Under the pieces are notes generated by a model. The model saw nothing but the letters and a program-made list of their open reading frames with translations, did no database searches and had not been told where the DNA came from. Both the position numbers and the translations under genes were made by a program. From Geosiphon pyriformis uo1 (taxonomy: Eukaryota; Fungi; Glomeromycota), in NCBI GenBank assembly GCA_016748015.1, contig JAAOMT010000322.1:1-64000 (forward strand): a stretch of 64,000 nt of DNA, given 5' to 3'. Below are positions 13,096 through 26,460 of the stretch, one piece after another; the first letter of the stretch is position 1; each line of letters starts with the position of its first letter.

Positions 13096-14734
13096 TTAAG
13101 AGTCGTCTAATAATAAATAATAAAATAACCATTAAAATATTATAATGTAAAATACATAATTATATTCAAACTTTTTTTAACTTCTTACCTTTAGGGAGGA
13201 ACACAAATTCTTTTAAAATAGTGATGTAAATTAATGTAAATTTTTAATATATATAATAATAATTAAATCAAAAAATTAATTAATATAAAAGCTCTATTAT
13301 GTTAGATAAACTAACCTTTAGAAAAATCAATCATCTGTGCAGTTAAAAGACGACTTGTATAAACTGCTCCTGGATGAATGCGCGTTGACGTTGTCGTTGT
13401 TGAATAATTTGTTGTCGATTCGTTCTCTAACATTTCTCTTACGCATTTATTTGATTCTATAAAATCTGAACTAAAAGAAGAACGAGAAGAAAGAAATTTT
13501 CCCAAATTTGAATAAACTTCCCAAGCATTAAGACGATTCTCAGGATTAACATCCCAACACTTTTCAATGAGTTTAGCAATACAAGGTGGAATAAGGGGGT
13601 AGGTAATTTCAGGTCTTTTACCATTTAAAATATCCATTATAAGAAGGTGGTCATGAGAACGATCATGAAAAGGAGGCTTTCCTGTTGCTAATTCCCATAA
13701 TAACATGGCAAAACTATAAATATCACCAGCTGAAGTAAACTTTTCTCCTCTTAAAACTTCTGGTGGAATGTATGGAATCACTCCATATATCTTTTTTTCC
13801 TCTGTTGTTGTTGCTTCATTATTGTTTACTGATTGACATAATCCGAGGTCTCCAATGGTAACAATATTTTTACTTAATTGTAGGATGTTTCCCGAATGTA
13901 GGTCACGATGAACCATACCAGAGGAATGAATTGTACAAAGTCCATGAGCTATATAAGACGCGATCTTTAATTTATGAGACCAACTTATAGAATGAAAATT
14001 TGTTGATAAATATTTTCGCATGTCTCCATGTTCGGCAAATTCCATCACAATTCCATAATCGAGTGTTTCAGCGTTTTGCGTAATCCCCCATATTGAAGAT
14101 ATATAATGTAAGTATTTACCGTTGTTATTAATTTCAATAGCTCTTAGAATATTTAACTATCAACATAATGTAAAAAAAGTATATAGATAATATACAGTAA
14201 ATAAATATTAGGTAAAAATGAATTTTATATAAATATAAATATAAATATAAATATAAATAATATAATACTTTTTTTTACCTCTTTAAACACTTCTGAACTG
14301 TTTGTTGGCATAATTTTTATTGCTACTTCCTCTGTTTTTCGCTTTTTATGCTCCATTTCACCATAATGTTTTATACTATTTTTATTAATTAATCCATCAA
14401 TTAAGGTTGCTTTATAAATTATACCGAACCCTCCTCTAGCAATTTCGTTGATATTCGACAAACAATCCCATGGAATCCATTGATAGTAATTCAATTCATT
14501 ATTCTTATATTCATATTCATTATTACTCTTAGGTGGAATATAGATTGGATTCTTAATAATTTTATCAACTTCTTGATTGCCGCTTGAAAAGTCTTTATAA
14601 AGTTTTTCAAAAAATAAGAAGTGGCATGCACTACAATAATTATAACTACTATTTTTAATACTTTCTTGACAACATTTACACAGGTTGCAATCATGAGATT
14701 CTGGACGAGTTCTTTTAATTTCTTTGTTTTCCAT
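13096..14734 (-). CDS. Tyrosine-kinase-like (PK_Tyr_Ser-Thr) protein kinase of the expanded Glomeromycota type; predicted exons 14734-14279, 14156-13316, 13209-13189, 13106-13096
   Basis: ARGGFG, VAIK, HRDLHSGN, DLG, GVIPYIPPE, DIYSF, CWD; GT-AG introns keep the frame; N-terminal Cys cluster. The last two small exons are less certain. Confidence 0.88.
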
Positions 14735-15063
14735 GGTGTGAACAAGTGAGGATAAAACGGGAATAGGTTATTATTGGAATTTTGATAAAAAAAGAGGTTT
14801 TCTTTGAAAAGCTTTATTTAGTAGTACGATTAGGAAGTAATTTTTGAAGTGGAAGTTCATATTTCTCTATTTTAACAAATCCTTAATCTTAAAAAATATC
14901 TATTCATCAAACCATACTAAATTGGTTTAAGTAGCAACGGTACACAAAGAAAGACGCCAAACAAGTTTTCCCATTATCTCATCATCATCGTTGCCTAAGC
15001 AAGTAGTTTGATGAATTTTAGCAGTATAGTATTTTTCATAACTAACTATTTTTGTGTTTATTT

Positions 15064-15065
<2 letters not shown>

Positions 15066-15131
<66 letters not shown>
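15066..15131. repeat. (GTT)n microsatellite upstream of the kinase
   Basis: About 22 perfect units. Confidence 0.95.
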
Positions 15132-16099
15132 CTACAAAGAAATCCAAACTCTTTGTGTATTGAAACATAAAAGTTTATTAACAACCGCTTTTAGTTTCTT
15201 GTTTTTGTTAGCTCTCGATTTTTCTATAAACTAACTTCGGATGCTTTAAAGGAAAACTTTTAAATTTTTAATTATGTTCCCAAATAAACTTTTAGATATT
15301 AAAGGAATCTGTTCTCACATATCACCTGCAAGAAAATTTTTAATTGGAGACTATGAAATAAACAGTGGGTGGTATGAATTTCAAATTGATCAGTCATTGT
15401 GATTCTATTTAACTTGATCATTGCCTATTTTTTTTTAGTTATTTAAAAAATAATAATTGGTTTGTTATTAAAAACTTTAAACTTTTATAATAATTATAAC
15501 AATATTAAAATTAATTTTAGTTTGTTTTAAAATATATATATTTAAATAATTGCTTATTTAATGTTTTGTTTTTTGTTTTTATGATTAATTATTTTCAAAT
15601 AATTGTTTTTTTTTTGTTTTTTATCTTTATTGTAATTATAAAATAGGAAAAAAATTAAAAATAAAATTAATAATAATTAAAATAAATAGTTAAAAACTTT
15701 GAAAAATAATAAAATATTAACTTTATAAATATTTTTTATAAAATTAATTAAAATAAAAATAATATTTATTTTAAAATAAAAATAAATAACAATACTAAAA
15801 TAAAACATTTTAATATAATGTTTTAAATATATAATTTTTATAATAAATTAAAAATTAAAAACTTAAACATATTTAATTTAAAATATACAAAAAATATAAT
15901 TCTTATAATAAAAGCAATTTTAATTAAAAAAATACAATATTTGATTTTATTTGTTTTTTTGTTTATTATAAAAACTTAAATAAATTATTTAAATTAATTT
16001 GCCAAAAATTCTATTAAATATTATTTATTATTTTAATTTTTTTTTTGTTTTAATAAAATATATTTTTATTATTATTTATTTTTACAAAGTAATTTTGTT

Positions 16100-16800
16100 T
16101 TTATTTTATTATGTTTTTTATTCTAAAATTAGTGATCATTATAAGTTAGCTAAAAATATTGGTTTGGTTTTATTAATAATAGTTTTACATAAAAGCCAAA
16201 AAATTTGGTTAAAAATATTAAAAACTTAAATAATAAAACCAATTTATTTCTGAAAATATTTTTAAATAATGCTAATTCTAAGTAGTTTAAAAATATAAAA
16301 ACCAATTTTGTTAAAAAAATAAAAGTATTTTCAATAACTAATAATAGTTGTAAAACAAATAATTAAAATAAAACTTTTTTAGATTTTTAAATAAATATTT
16401 TAAACGCAAAAAAAATAAATATAAACAAAATAATAGCTTTTTTACTTAATATTATTAATTTTAATATAAATAAGAAAAATATGTTATTTTTACTTTTATT
16501 TTATTGTTTTAAAATTTAAATAATTAAATTTGATAATAATAAAAAATAAATAAATGTAATATTAAAAAATACTAAAAAAAAATTAAAAAATTGTTTTTAA
16601 TAGTAGATAGTTTTGAAAAAGTCATTATTTTTTTAAAATTATTAGATTTATATTTATTTTTAAAAAAAAACTATAATATTAATTACAAATAAAAAAATTT
16701 TAATAAATAATAATCTTAAAAAACAAAGAATTTATTTAAATCAAATTATAATTATTAAAGAAATTTTTATAAATATTTTTAAAAAAAATAATTATTTTAA
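16100..16800 (+). mobile_element. Extremely eroded LINE ORF1 fragment
   Basis: 16600-16640 AGTAGATAGTTTTGAAAAAGTCATTATTTTTTTAAAATT aligns with copy-1 SVNSFGGATTPSKF (5720-5762), mostly through G>A/C>T changes. Confidence 0.45.
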
Positions 16801-17189
16801 CTTTGTTTAAGTTTAATAAAATTATATTAATTTAATTATAACTAATTAAATTATAATAAAAACTATAATAAAATTTGTTAAATTAAGTTAATATAATCTG
16901 TTAATTTTTAAATAGTTTTTTTAATTAGCAAAAATTCTATATATATAATTAAAATTAATAAATTAAATAACTTAAAAACAAAAAAATAAATTTTTTATAA
17001 ATTAAATTAGACTTAATTTATTGTAAAAAATATGATTATTTAAATATAAATAAAGCATAATTTTGGATAAAAAACTCTTTGTCTTCTTAATTTTATAACT
17101 ATAATCAAAAAACAAAGAGCAAAAAAACTATATTTAATATTTTTTATAAAATATTTAATAAAATTTCAACCAAAAAAGTTTTTTCTGTT

Positions 17190-19150
17190 GTAAATATAGC
17201 TAAACAAAATGTTTTAAAAGCTTTTTTCTTAAGTAGTAATAGTAAAAAACTGTTTTTGATAGTCTTTAAAAATCTTTTTTATTTTTAACTGGTTTTTTAT
17301 TAGTTAAAAAAAATTTTAAAATTCATATTTGGATTAGTTTTAATGTTGTTTCTACTCTTACCAAAAGCTTAAAAATTTTTAATAATAAGTCAGTTAATAA
17401 GCTGATTTTTTTAATTATTGCTGTTATATTTGATATTATTAATATTACTTTTTTAAAAATGGCCAAAAAAACCAAAAATTCTAAAAAACAAAAACAGTTA
17501 TTTACTTTTGCTATTGTTACATCGAATCTTTTTGTTGTTTCAGATAAAATCTTAGATAAGATTTCTATTGTATTATTTAACATATTATTTATAATAAATC
17601 AAAATTAATTATTAACTATGTTGTTAAATATAATGTTTTTTAACAGATTTTTATCAATTTTAAAAACAAAACAATAGTTTTTTGTTGGATTATCTATTCT
17701 TGAGAACTGGACTAACTAAATAGAAACTGATTTATTATTATTTTCTCTGGTTTTTAGTATTATTACTAATGGTGCTTAAGAAATTATTACTAATTATTAA
17801 AGATTTATTAAGTAAATAATTTCTATTTTAGTGTTTAATATTATTTTTAAGATTAAATTGGCTTATATTAAAACTGTTTTTTAATCTACATATGGTTTTT
17901 TGAATGTAAAATCAATTGTAAAAAACAATATAAAGCTTTTTTATATGAAGTTTGCTTCTTAATAATTTTTAGAAACTGCATTTTTGGTTGAGTTTAAGAA
18001 TTCTGTTTATTTAACTACTTTTAAAATTGTCAAATCTTTGGTGGTTTTAAGTTTGGTTTTTTTTTTTATTATTATATTTTATAATATGTTTTTAAATATG
18101 TTTACTATTAATATTAAAATAATACTTAATATGTTTGGAAAAGTTATTTGTATTATGCTAAAACTTGTTAATATTTGGTAATATGTAATAATTTATTTTA
18201 AAAATTTGAATACTGTTATATCTGCTTTAAATTATTAATTAGTTTTGTTGAATAAGAATAATATTAGGATTTTTTTTTTAATAAATCAAAATAAAACTAT
18301 TTTGTTTTATAATAAGTTCAAAACCAAGTTGGTTAATCTTTTTTTTGGCTATACTGTTTTTGAAATCAGTAATATAATTTTTTAAGTTGGTGGTCAAACT
18401 TGTTTTATTTCTTACTAATCTAATTTTAATTGTTATTTTTAGTTTGTTTTAATTATGTTTGACTTATAAAATAATTTAAATATTACCATTATTAAAATTA
18501 GTACTTTGAAAAAGTATTATATTTAATAGAAAACTTTTAAATACTGATGTTATTTTAGATGTTAAAACTTAAATTATTTGGCTATTAATTATAAATATTT
18601 GTATTTTTTTTTTAAGACTTCTAAAATATTTGTGTTTTGTTTTATTAGTGTTAAGTATTATGTCAAAACTATTATATTTATACTATCTTCAATTTTTATT
18701 TTTTGGTTGGCTTTGTTCTTTTTATTGTAGTTATAATTAATAATTTTATAGTGTTTTTTTAATTAATCTTTTTGAAAACTGATTTGACCAAACTTTTTAT
18801 ATTAATTAAGTCTATTATTAAGCTTATTAGTTTTTTAGTTACTGTATTTGAAAATTTTATTAATAATAATTTGGTTCTAAATAAAACATTTGACCTTAAA
18901 ATTAATAAAATTATGATACATATAAGTATTTTTAGTAAAATTATTGGTAAGCTAAAGCATAAGATAATTGTTTTAAAAATTAAATATAACTATAAAAATA
19001 TTAATATTACTGGTTTTTAAGTGAATTTGTTTGCAGTAAAAATAATATATTTTTTAGTTTGATGTTATTTTAAAAACACAAACTTGTTGCTATAAAAATC
19101 AATACATTAAAAACAATTAAATAATTAGTATTATAAGTAATTATTTAAAG
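17190..19150 (+). mobile_element. Eroded LINE ORF1 region of a second family
   Basis: Stop-ridden translation (..KNNIKLFYMKFAS.., ..KTKLVNLFFGYTVFEIS.., decayed knuckle CYFRC*NLNYLAINY). An inverted homologous copy lies at ~40700-41700. Family identity is from recall. Confidence 0.6.
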
Positions 19151-21039
19151 TGTTAAAATAAATAACAAATTCATAATTTGGTACTTAATAGTTAATAATA
19201 CTGTTAATAGTTTCTGAAAATTTTAGAATCTAAAGGTTTTAATTTAGTTCTTTGTATAATAAACAGATATTTATTTGGTAGTTATTTTTCTAAATATTTT
19301 TTTTTAATATAAAGACCAGTTTAATTTATTAGTTATGTTTTTTTAATAAACTATCTTTAAGTTTTCACTCTTGTTTTATGAGTCTTTTACCAGACTATTT
19401 TTAATGTTAATATCTTATTACTTAATCTCTTAATTAATTAGTATAAAACATAAAAAAATAAAATAAAATAAAATAAAAAATAAAAAATTAGTATTTTGTC
19501 AATAACTATAATTAAAAATTATTAGTTTAATATAGTTAAGTAATAAATATTATTAACATGAATTACTAATAAAATCAGAAAATAATAATATTAATCTAAT
19601 AAAAAAAATAACATAAATTGAATGATAAAACAATAATTTTATTTAATATTTAGATAATTTTGCTTTAAAATATAAAAAACTATTTTTTAAAAAAAGAAGT
19701 ATATCATAAATATTTATTGTTTTCTAACTAAAAACTTGTTTAAATATATGTAAATTTTTAAATATTTTTCTTACTTTTAATATTACTACTATATATACAT
19801 AATTTTCATTATATAAGATCATATATTTTATTTTATTTTATGTTATTTTCTAAAATTGTGCTCATTTTTGAACAATATACTATAATTTCTTGAAAATATA
19901 CTTATTCTTTACAAATACAGTGAACTCTTTTTATAGTCTTTTTGGTTATAGTTATTATTTTCTTATAATCACATTTTTTTAAAAACCAAAACCATTTATA
20001 TATAATATTATCTTCTTATAGTCACTTTTACTATATATATATTTTTATAGTCCCTATTCCCACAAATATAATAGCAAAATATAAGTAATTTTCACTCTTT
20101 ATAGTTATACTATAATCATATGATATTAGATATAAACATTAAATGTCATCTTATATTTAATCGGACATATACAGTTAAGAAGATTTCCCAATTTGTTAAT
20201 GAAAATCATTTTTTTTATGGTAGTAAAAAAAATTAAAGAAGTTTCTGAAAACAATTATAGAACACTAAACAAAATTTCTAAAATATTACAACATTCAATT
20301 ACTTTTCTTCTTTATAAGCCACCACTGCTATCAGAAGACAATAACAGAACTATTATATCTGATTTGTTGTTTGCAGGTATTATGAGAGTTTTAATAATAG
20401 TTGACATATAGTACAGTACTGCTGCTCTTGGTGCTTTAAAGATTGTTGCTGTGGGTATTAATGAAGTTACTTTGAATCAAACTTTGGATCAAATTTTGGC
20501 TAATGAGATTACTTTTTCTCTGTATAGGAAGAAGAAATTAACAGACCTACAAGTGAAAATAATGGCCCAATGGGATTCTTCAAGAACAAGTTTGTTAATG
20601 AGACATTGCTTAAGCAAATCAACTGGGAACAGAGTTTGAATTTATCTTTCCTTAGAAAGAAAAATATGACCAATAATAAAACTCAAAGCATAAAGATTCT
20701 GATATATACTTAATAAATACATTTTCATACCAATTTTGGCATCTATAATTAAAAAAAGACTCCATGCTAGCAATTATATTCATCATTTGACCAATATTTA
20801 GTATTAGCGAGTAAAAGTTTGACTGATAGTTTTAAAGATATATTAAAAATCAACTTTTTTGGAGCAAATAAATCCGTGTTGAATGTTTTTCATAATCCAA
20901 ACATAATCACACAGAATGGAGATTCGAACCTAGACTTAACATATCATGTTTTAAAAATGCCAATTATAAATAGTAATACACTCAACCCAATGTAAACAAA
21001 ACTGTACACAATACAATATATTTCTAACTTCTTGAAAGA

Positions 21040-22085
21040 TATTTATTAGACTGTTACACAATTAACTTGATAAGCTTTAAAAACATGATCACTTAAAAAA
21101 GATATTAAAGAGTTAATAATAAATAATAGTTGTGATTTTATTAACAGATTTACATTTTTTAATAATCTGCTTTTTCACTTGTTACTGGAATTGGTTTTCA
21201 AGTATTTAATAATGTTTTTTTAATTTGTCTTGCTTTAAGAAAGTCTATTCTTTTCATCTGTGCAATTCTACTGAATTTTTTCATTTCTTTGCTTAATATT
21301 CATTTATAGCCAATATTATGAAAAACATGATTAGAGACATTTGGATTTACAAACTGTGTCTTTCTTATTTGAACTCAAAATTGATTTGATTCAGTAATAA
21401 AGCTAGAACATGTATGAAATCTGTATATTTCACTTTTAGAATATTTAATAACATTAAAAAGATTAATACATAATCTTTTAAATTTGATACAGTTATGCAT
21501 TGCAATTTTCTAATGCTATTGTAAAGGTGCAGAAAGAATCAATAATTTGAGCATTTTGTTAATTTCTTCAAGTATTGCATCATGGCCTTGATGTTGATTT
21601 GAAAGTTTAGATCAAAAAATTACAATTTTTTCTTGAATCAGCTTGCAAACTTCAGGCTTCAATTGTAGTCATTGTTCTTTATTAGCAATTTTAATTAATT
21701 AGTAAATAGAATGGCACTGAGCAGACCAAATTAATGCAAACATTTATCTAGCCATGAGTCTTAATAAAGATCTATTGAAATAAACTCCAGTGCAAAAGTT
21801 AATAATTGCTTGTAAATAAAAAAAGACTTGTTCATACTTTAATCTAAACATGGGATCTGTTTCATTTTGGACCTATTCTAAGTAATCTTTAACAGATAGA
21901 TTTTCCTTAAAAACAACATATAACCACATTAATTTGGAAGTCATTACATGTTTATATATATTACATATCGAATTTCACGACTTATGATAATTAGAACATT
22001 TTTAAAAAATTGCAGTTAACTTTTACTTTGATATTTTTGACATTGTGCAAAGTATTTTATATTGATATTCTAATTAATATAGATA
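21040..22085 (-). pseudogene. Decayed ORF, probably an Academ/DUF6589-like transposase fragment
   Basis: Long coherent minus-strand frame with stops: ..FFKKCSNYHKS*NSICNIY..KYEQVFFYLQAIINF..SNQHQGHDAILEEINKMLK.. The D-x2-L-E-x2-N-x3-K motif resembles Academ-type transposases (from recall). Confidence 0.5.
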
Positions 22086-22459
22086 TTGTTGTATTTGAGA
22101 GACTTGACAATATAACATTGTGCTATTTTTTATGCAATTATACAAGTATGCAGAGGATCAAATTGACAGCCTTTATTATTGATTATCAGTTGGGAATAAG
22201 AGATAAAAAGTGTTGCAGATGCATTATCAAAATTAGGTTTTTTTTTACCGAAAATTTGTTATTTGCACTTAGAATCTTACAGTTGGATTAAAACCTTCAT
22301 TTTTATAATTTGACTGCTTTTTATAATCTGAAGCACTTCATATGACATGAAACACCTCACATGTCTAATTAAATATAAGGCAAAATGATGTTTAATATAT
22401 AACAGATACATCAATGTATTATAAAAGCAAAATGCAATAAAAAGTGTGTTCTTATTAAC

Positions 22460-24019
22460 ATGTCAAAAAACATGAACCAAAAGTGAACAGCAATCTTCTT
22501 GGAGACTAAAAAGACTTTTTGCTAGTACAAACTAGAGCATCTTGACTACTTAGCAAATAGACTTATTGAAATATTTAATCTAAAGATTGACTACTCCACT
22601 ATAACAAAGATACTTGCAAAATCAGACTAATGGATTGAAAAGAATGTATCTGACAACTCTGGTCAATTAACAAAAGACAAAAAAGAGATGTTTCTGAAGA
22701 TAAATAATGCACTGAAAAAATGAATACTTGGAGCACTAGCTACCAACTGCATTCTTACTGGAAAAATTTTACAAATGAAAGCCCTCAAGTTTGCCTAAAA
22801 GTTTCTAGAAGAAAATAACTTTAAAGCATTAGATTGTTAGTTAGAAAAGTTCAAAAAATGTCATAATTTGCACCACATTAAGATACATGGTGAAACAAAC
22901 AGTACTTCCTTGGAAATTTTACCAGAGGAATGAGAGAAACTGTGTAAGATTATTAGCGAATATAATCTAAATAATGTTTACAATGCTGATGAAACAGCAT
23001 TATTCTTTAGAATACTACCAAATACAACTTTGGCAACAAGATTTATCTCTGGCACCAAGTGTGATAAGAATCAAATTACCATACTTCTTGTTTGTAATAC
23101 AACAGACAACATCAAGTTGCAGTCTTTAATTATTGGCAAAGCCGTAAAGCCACAATGCTTTTGCAATATTAATATGAATGTACTTCCAATCGCTTATTGT
23201 TACAATACAAAAGCATAGATGCGAACTGATATTTTTAGTGAATAACTTAATTTATTAAATAAAGAAATGCATCATAAGAAAAAAAAGATTTTGCTATTGC
23301 TTAATAATGCTAGTTTCTATGATAAAAAACCTTCTGTATTATTTAATATTATAATTAAATATCTACTATCCAATACAACATCCTATTTACAACCATTAGA
23401 TGCAGGAATTATTGCATTTTTTAAGGCACAATACTGAAAGTTGTTTATTTTCCATTTTATTAATCAGTATGATGACAAGATTTCAATATTAATAGTAATA
23501 TTAAAGAATGTGGTTGATTTTTTAATTGATACGTGGTCAGTGATAACAACAACTACAATCCAAAACTATTAGTGTCATATAGAAATTCTGAATAATAATC
23601 AAATGCCAGCTCATCTATTAGATATTGAACAAGAACTCCTACAAGAAGTACAAGTTCTTATTGAGCACGTTGATATTGACAAGCTATTGGCAATAGACTT
23701 TATTAATATTAACAAATTTGAACTATTATTCACTTATGTCTCAAAGGATGAAATTGTGGATCTTATTAACAACAAGTATAATGGAAATTCTAATGCAAAT
23801 GAAGATTTAGAAAGTGAAGATAAAGATAAACCTTTGTTTTTGCTATCTATATATTAAGATAAAACTGCACTTGAAGATACATTGCACTATTGTAAAGAGC
23901 AGTATAGTGAAAAAGTTAATTCAGACTTTTTTAAAACTTTGAAAACATTAATTCGTAATACTGTTCTCAAAATTCAAGAAGAGAAAAAACAGTTGCAAAT
24001 AGATAGCTTTTTTAAATAA
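22460..24019 (+). pseudogene. pogo/Tigger transposase (CENP-B-type HTH + DDE_1), inactivated
   Basis: VYNADETALFF, LIIGKAVKPQCF, LLLLNNAS (D>N), NTTSYLQPLDAGII, C-terminal QLQIDSFFK*; several stops. Confidence 0.9.
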
Positions 24020-25425
24020 AATATATATAATTGGTTATTATATTATGTATGTAATATATAGATTATATGATAAGATATTAATCATTTTTTATAGTCTTAT
24101 CTCTCTATAATCACCATAAATGTGCTAACCAAAAGGTGTGATTATAAAGAAAGTTCACTGTATATCAAATTAAATAATCTAAATTAAGTACAAATTATGT
24201 ATTTTTTACATATAATAAGCTACTTAGGCTAATTAAAGCAACATTATGAATTTATTTTAACAGAAATTACACAATTAATACCAGAAAAAAAACTGCAAAG
24301 CTTATAAAAACCAAAATTAATATCATAAATCTTTGCAATTTTAATTAATCTAACAACACTATCAGAAAGCAAAAACACAGAACTATAAATCTCAGAAAAC
24401 ACAGATTTATTATGCACAATTTAACTTTTTTTTTTTATTAATGCTCTATATTTAGCTTTTACTAATTATATATTAATTTAATAAGTTATTTCCAAATTTC
24501 ACATTAACTTAACAACCTTTTTGCTAACAGTCTTAATACAGCTAAAAACAAAGACAGTTTCTAAATACTATTTTCTGAACACAAAACTTTTATACAATGC
24601 AATATAGATAGTATTGTTAAAAATATATAAAAAAAATAATTATAAAATACAAAATAATAACAAATTCAAGTTTAACACAAAATTTTATTAGACTAAATGT
24701 GAATCAAATAATTTCTTGTAAATACCAGAGTCTATTATGTACATAAAAGAATAATTAAAAAGCTTAATCTTTCCATATTGTAAATATAATACACTAAGAT
24801 ACTTTTTATTATATAAGCATTTTCGAACAACAGCTAGCAAATAATAATACAAAGCTTTTGTAAAATATAAGTGTAAACCAGCAATAGATCTACTTGTAAA
24901 ACCAAATATTATATGCAAATTGGAGTACCAAACTAACAAAGTCTGAATCTAATTCATATTTCTAATCATGTTCTCACAAATAACACTAGAACTAGACCCA
25001 ACTTTTTAATAAACATACAAATAAAATCCTGAATATTTTTAAATATTACTATCTTACTAACCCTAATGTATTTTCTCTTAACAAAAACAGAAAGTGATAA
25101 ATTTGAACATAAAGCTAAATCAGTCAGCATATTAATATGTATATTACTTAAAATATCTAAATAGCTTTTAACCTTAATTCAGAAAACAACAAACAACTTA
25201 TATTTAATAGAATTTGTAATACTATGTTTCTTAAATCAACAGTAATTATGGAAGTTAAATAAAACCATATCTAATTCTGTAATACACACATCCAAAGCAG
25301 CTTGACTATCTAAATATATTACAATATTATTAGAAACTAGAACACATTTTAAGACTAAAGCAATCACCTATAATTCTGCTATTATAAAAGATACCAAATT
25401 ACTAACTTTAACACTATTACCTAAG

Positions 25426-26460
25426 TAAAAAAACCGATCCAAAGTTAGGAAAAAACGTGATTAGAACATGACATAATACAGAATAGCATGCAATAATATT
25501 GGATAATATGTTATAACTTAGGATAGTGCAGGATAATGTGTTATAATATAGAATAATACAGAATAACATGTAATAATACCAGATAATATGTTATAATGTA
25601 GAATAATACAGAATAACATGTAATAATACCAGATAGCATGTTATAATATAGGATAACTAGTAATAATATAGAAGATTGAAGCAATAAAAGAAATAACAAA
25701 AAGCAATAGTTAGTAATAATAAAACAATTAGAAGCAATCCTGTAAAACCAAAAAAATGTATAAAAACGAATAGTTTTAGAAAGTAGAAAAAAAACAGGCA
25801 GATAGATACAAACCACTAGACAAAAAAAAACAAATATCTATACCCCTTCCTCATTTATTATATTCCATATTCATCTTCTAAAATAAATCTATTATTAAGA
25901 AATCAGAATCACAAATTTATGTGCTTGAACTATGTGGAATTTACATGAATTAACCATTGTTTCGTACTTTCATTCCAGGACCAATGCTCTTAGCATAATC
26001 ATCTTGAACTATTAATGACTTGGACTAATTGCTCTTGATCATGGTGATTGATGATACTAATTTATCTTTTCTTTTCTTTCTTTTCTTTTCTTTCTTATTT
26101 TCTTTTGTAGAGCAGCAACATAGTAAAATTGACTATCTGAGAATAGACTTCATGGTAGCCTGGTAAAAAAGAGAGGCTCTCCCTAGGTTTTGGATATTAA
26201 CATTATCTTGTTAACTTACCAGAAGGGCAAAAAGACAATGTCAAATCCTAATGACTGTGCTCATTAACTCGAAGAAGAAAGCTCACATTTACAGAAAATA
26301 TTGCAATTGACGAAAGACAAACTCTGTGCCTTATAACCAAAGAACTCAATAGGTAAATTTGCATTCAGAAATAGACATTCAGAGACTGATAATTGAAACT
26401 AAGCCAACCAAATTATGTAGAAGATACATCACCTATAATTAAGAGCACCAAATGTTATCA
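25426..26460. mobile_element. Unidentified insertion in LINE copy 2 (possibly a solo LTR) with a 10-bp-period array
   Basis: LINE homology breaks within the RNase H region; array of GAATAATACA/GAATAACATG/TTATAATATA-like decamers at ~25480-25680; boundaries approximate. Confidence 0.45.

Larger units (their letters stand above)
19918..24160 (+). mobile_element. pogo/Tigger-family DNA transposon with TIRs, TA TSD and ~2.2 kb extra internal sequence
   Basis: TA|CAGTGAACTCTTTTTATAGTC at 19916 and GATTATAAAGAAAGTTCACTG|TA ending 24162; subterminal TTATA(G/A)TCAC repeats; transposase inside. Confidence 0.85.

Noticed and set aside
14927-15234. Poly-T and poly-L ORFs (also poly-I at 63603-63803)
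   Set aside because: Translations of microsatellites
15999-19020. Short I/L/F/K/N-rich ORFs as small membrane proteins
   Set aside because: Products of extreme AT content in eroded LINE DNA
25480-25680. CRISPR-like array
   Set aside because: Contiguous decamers with no unique spacers; eukaryotic context and no cas genes
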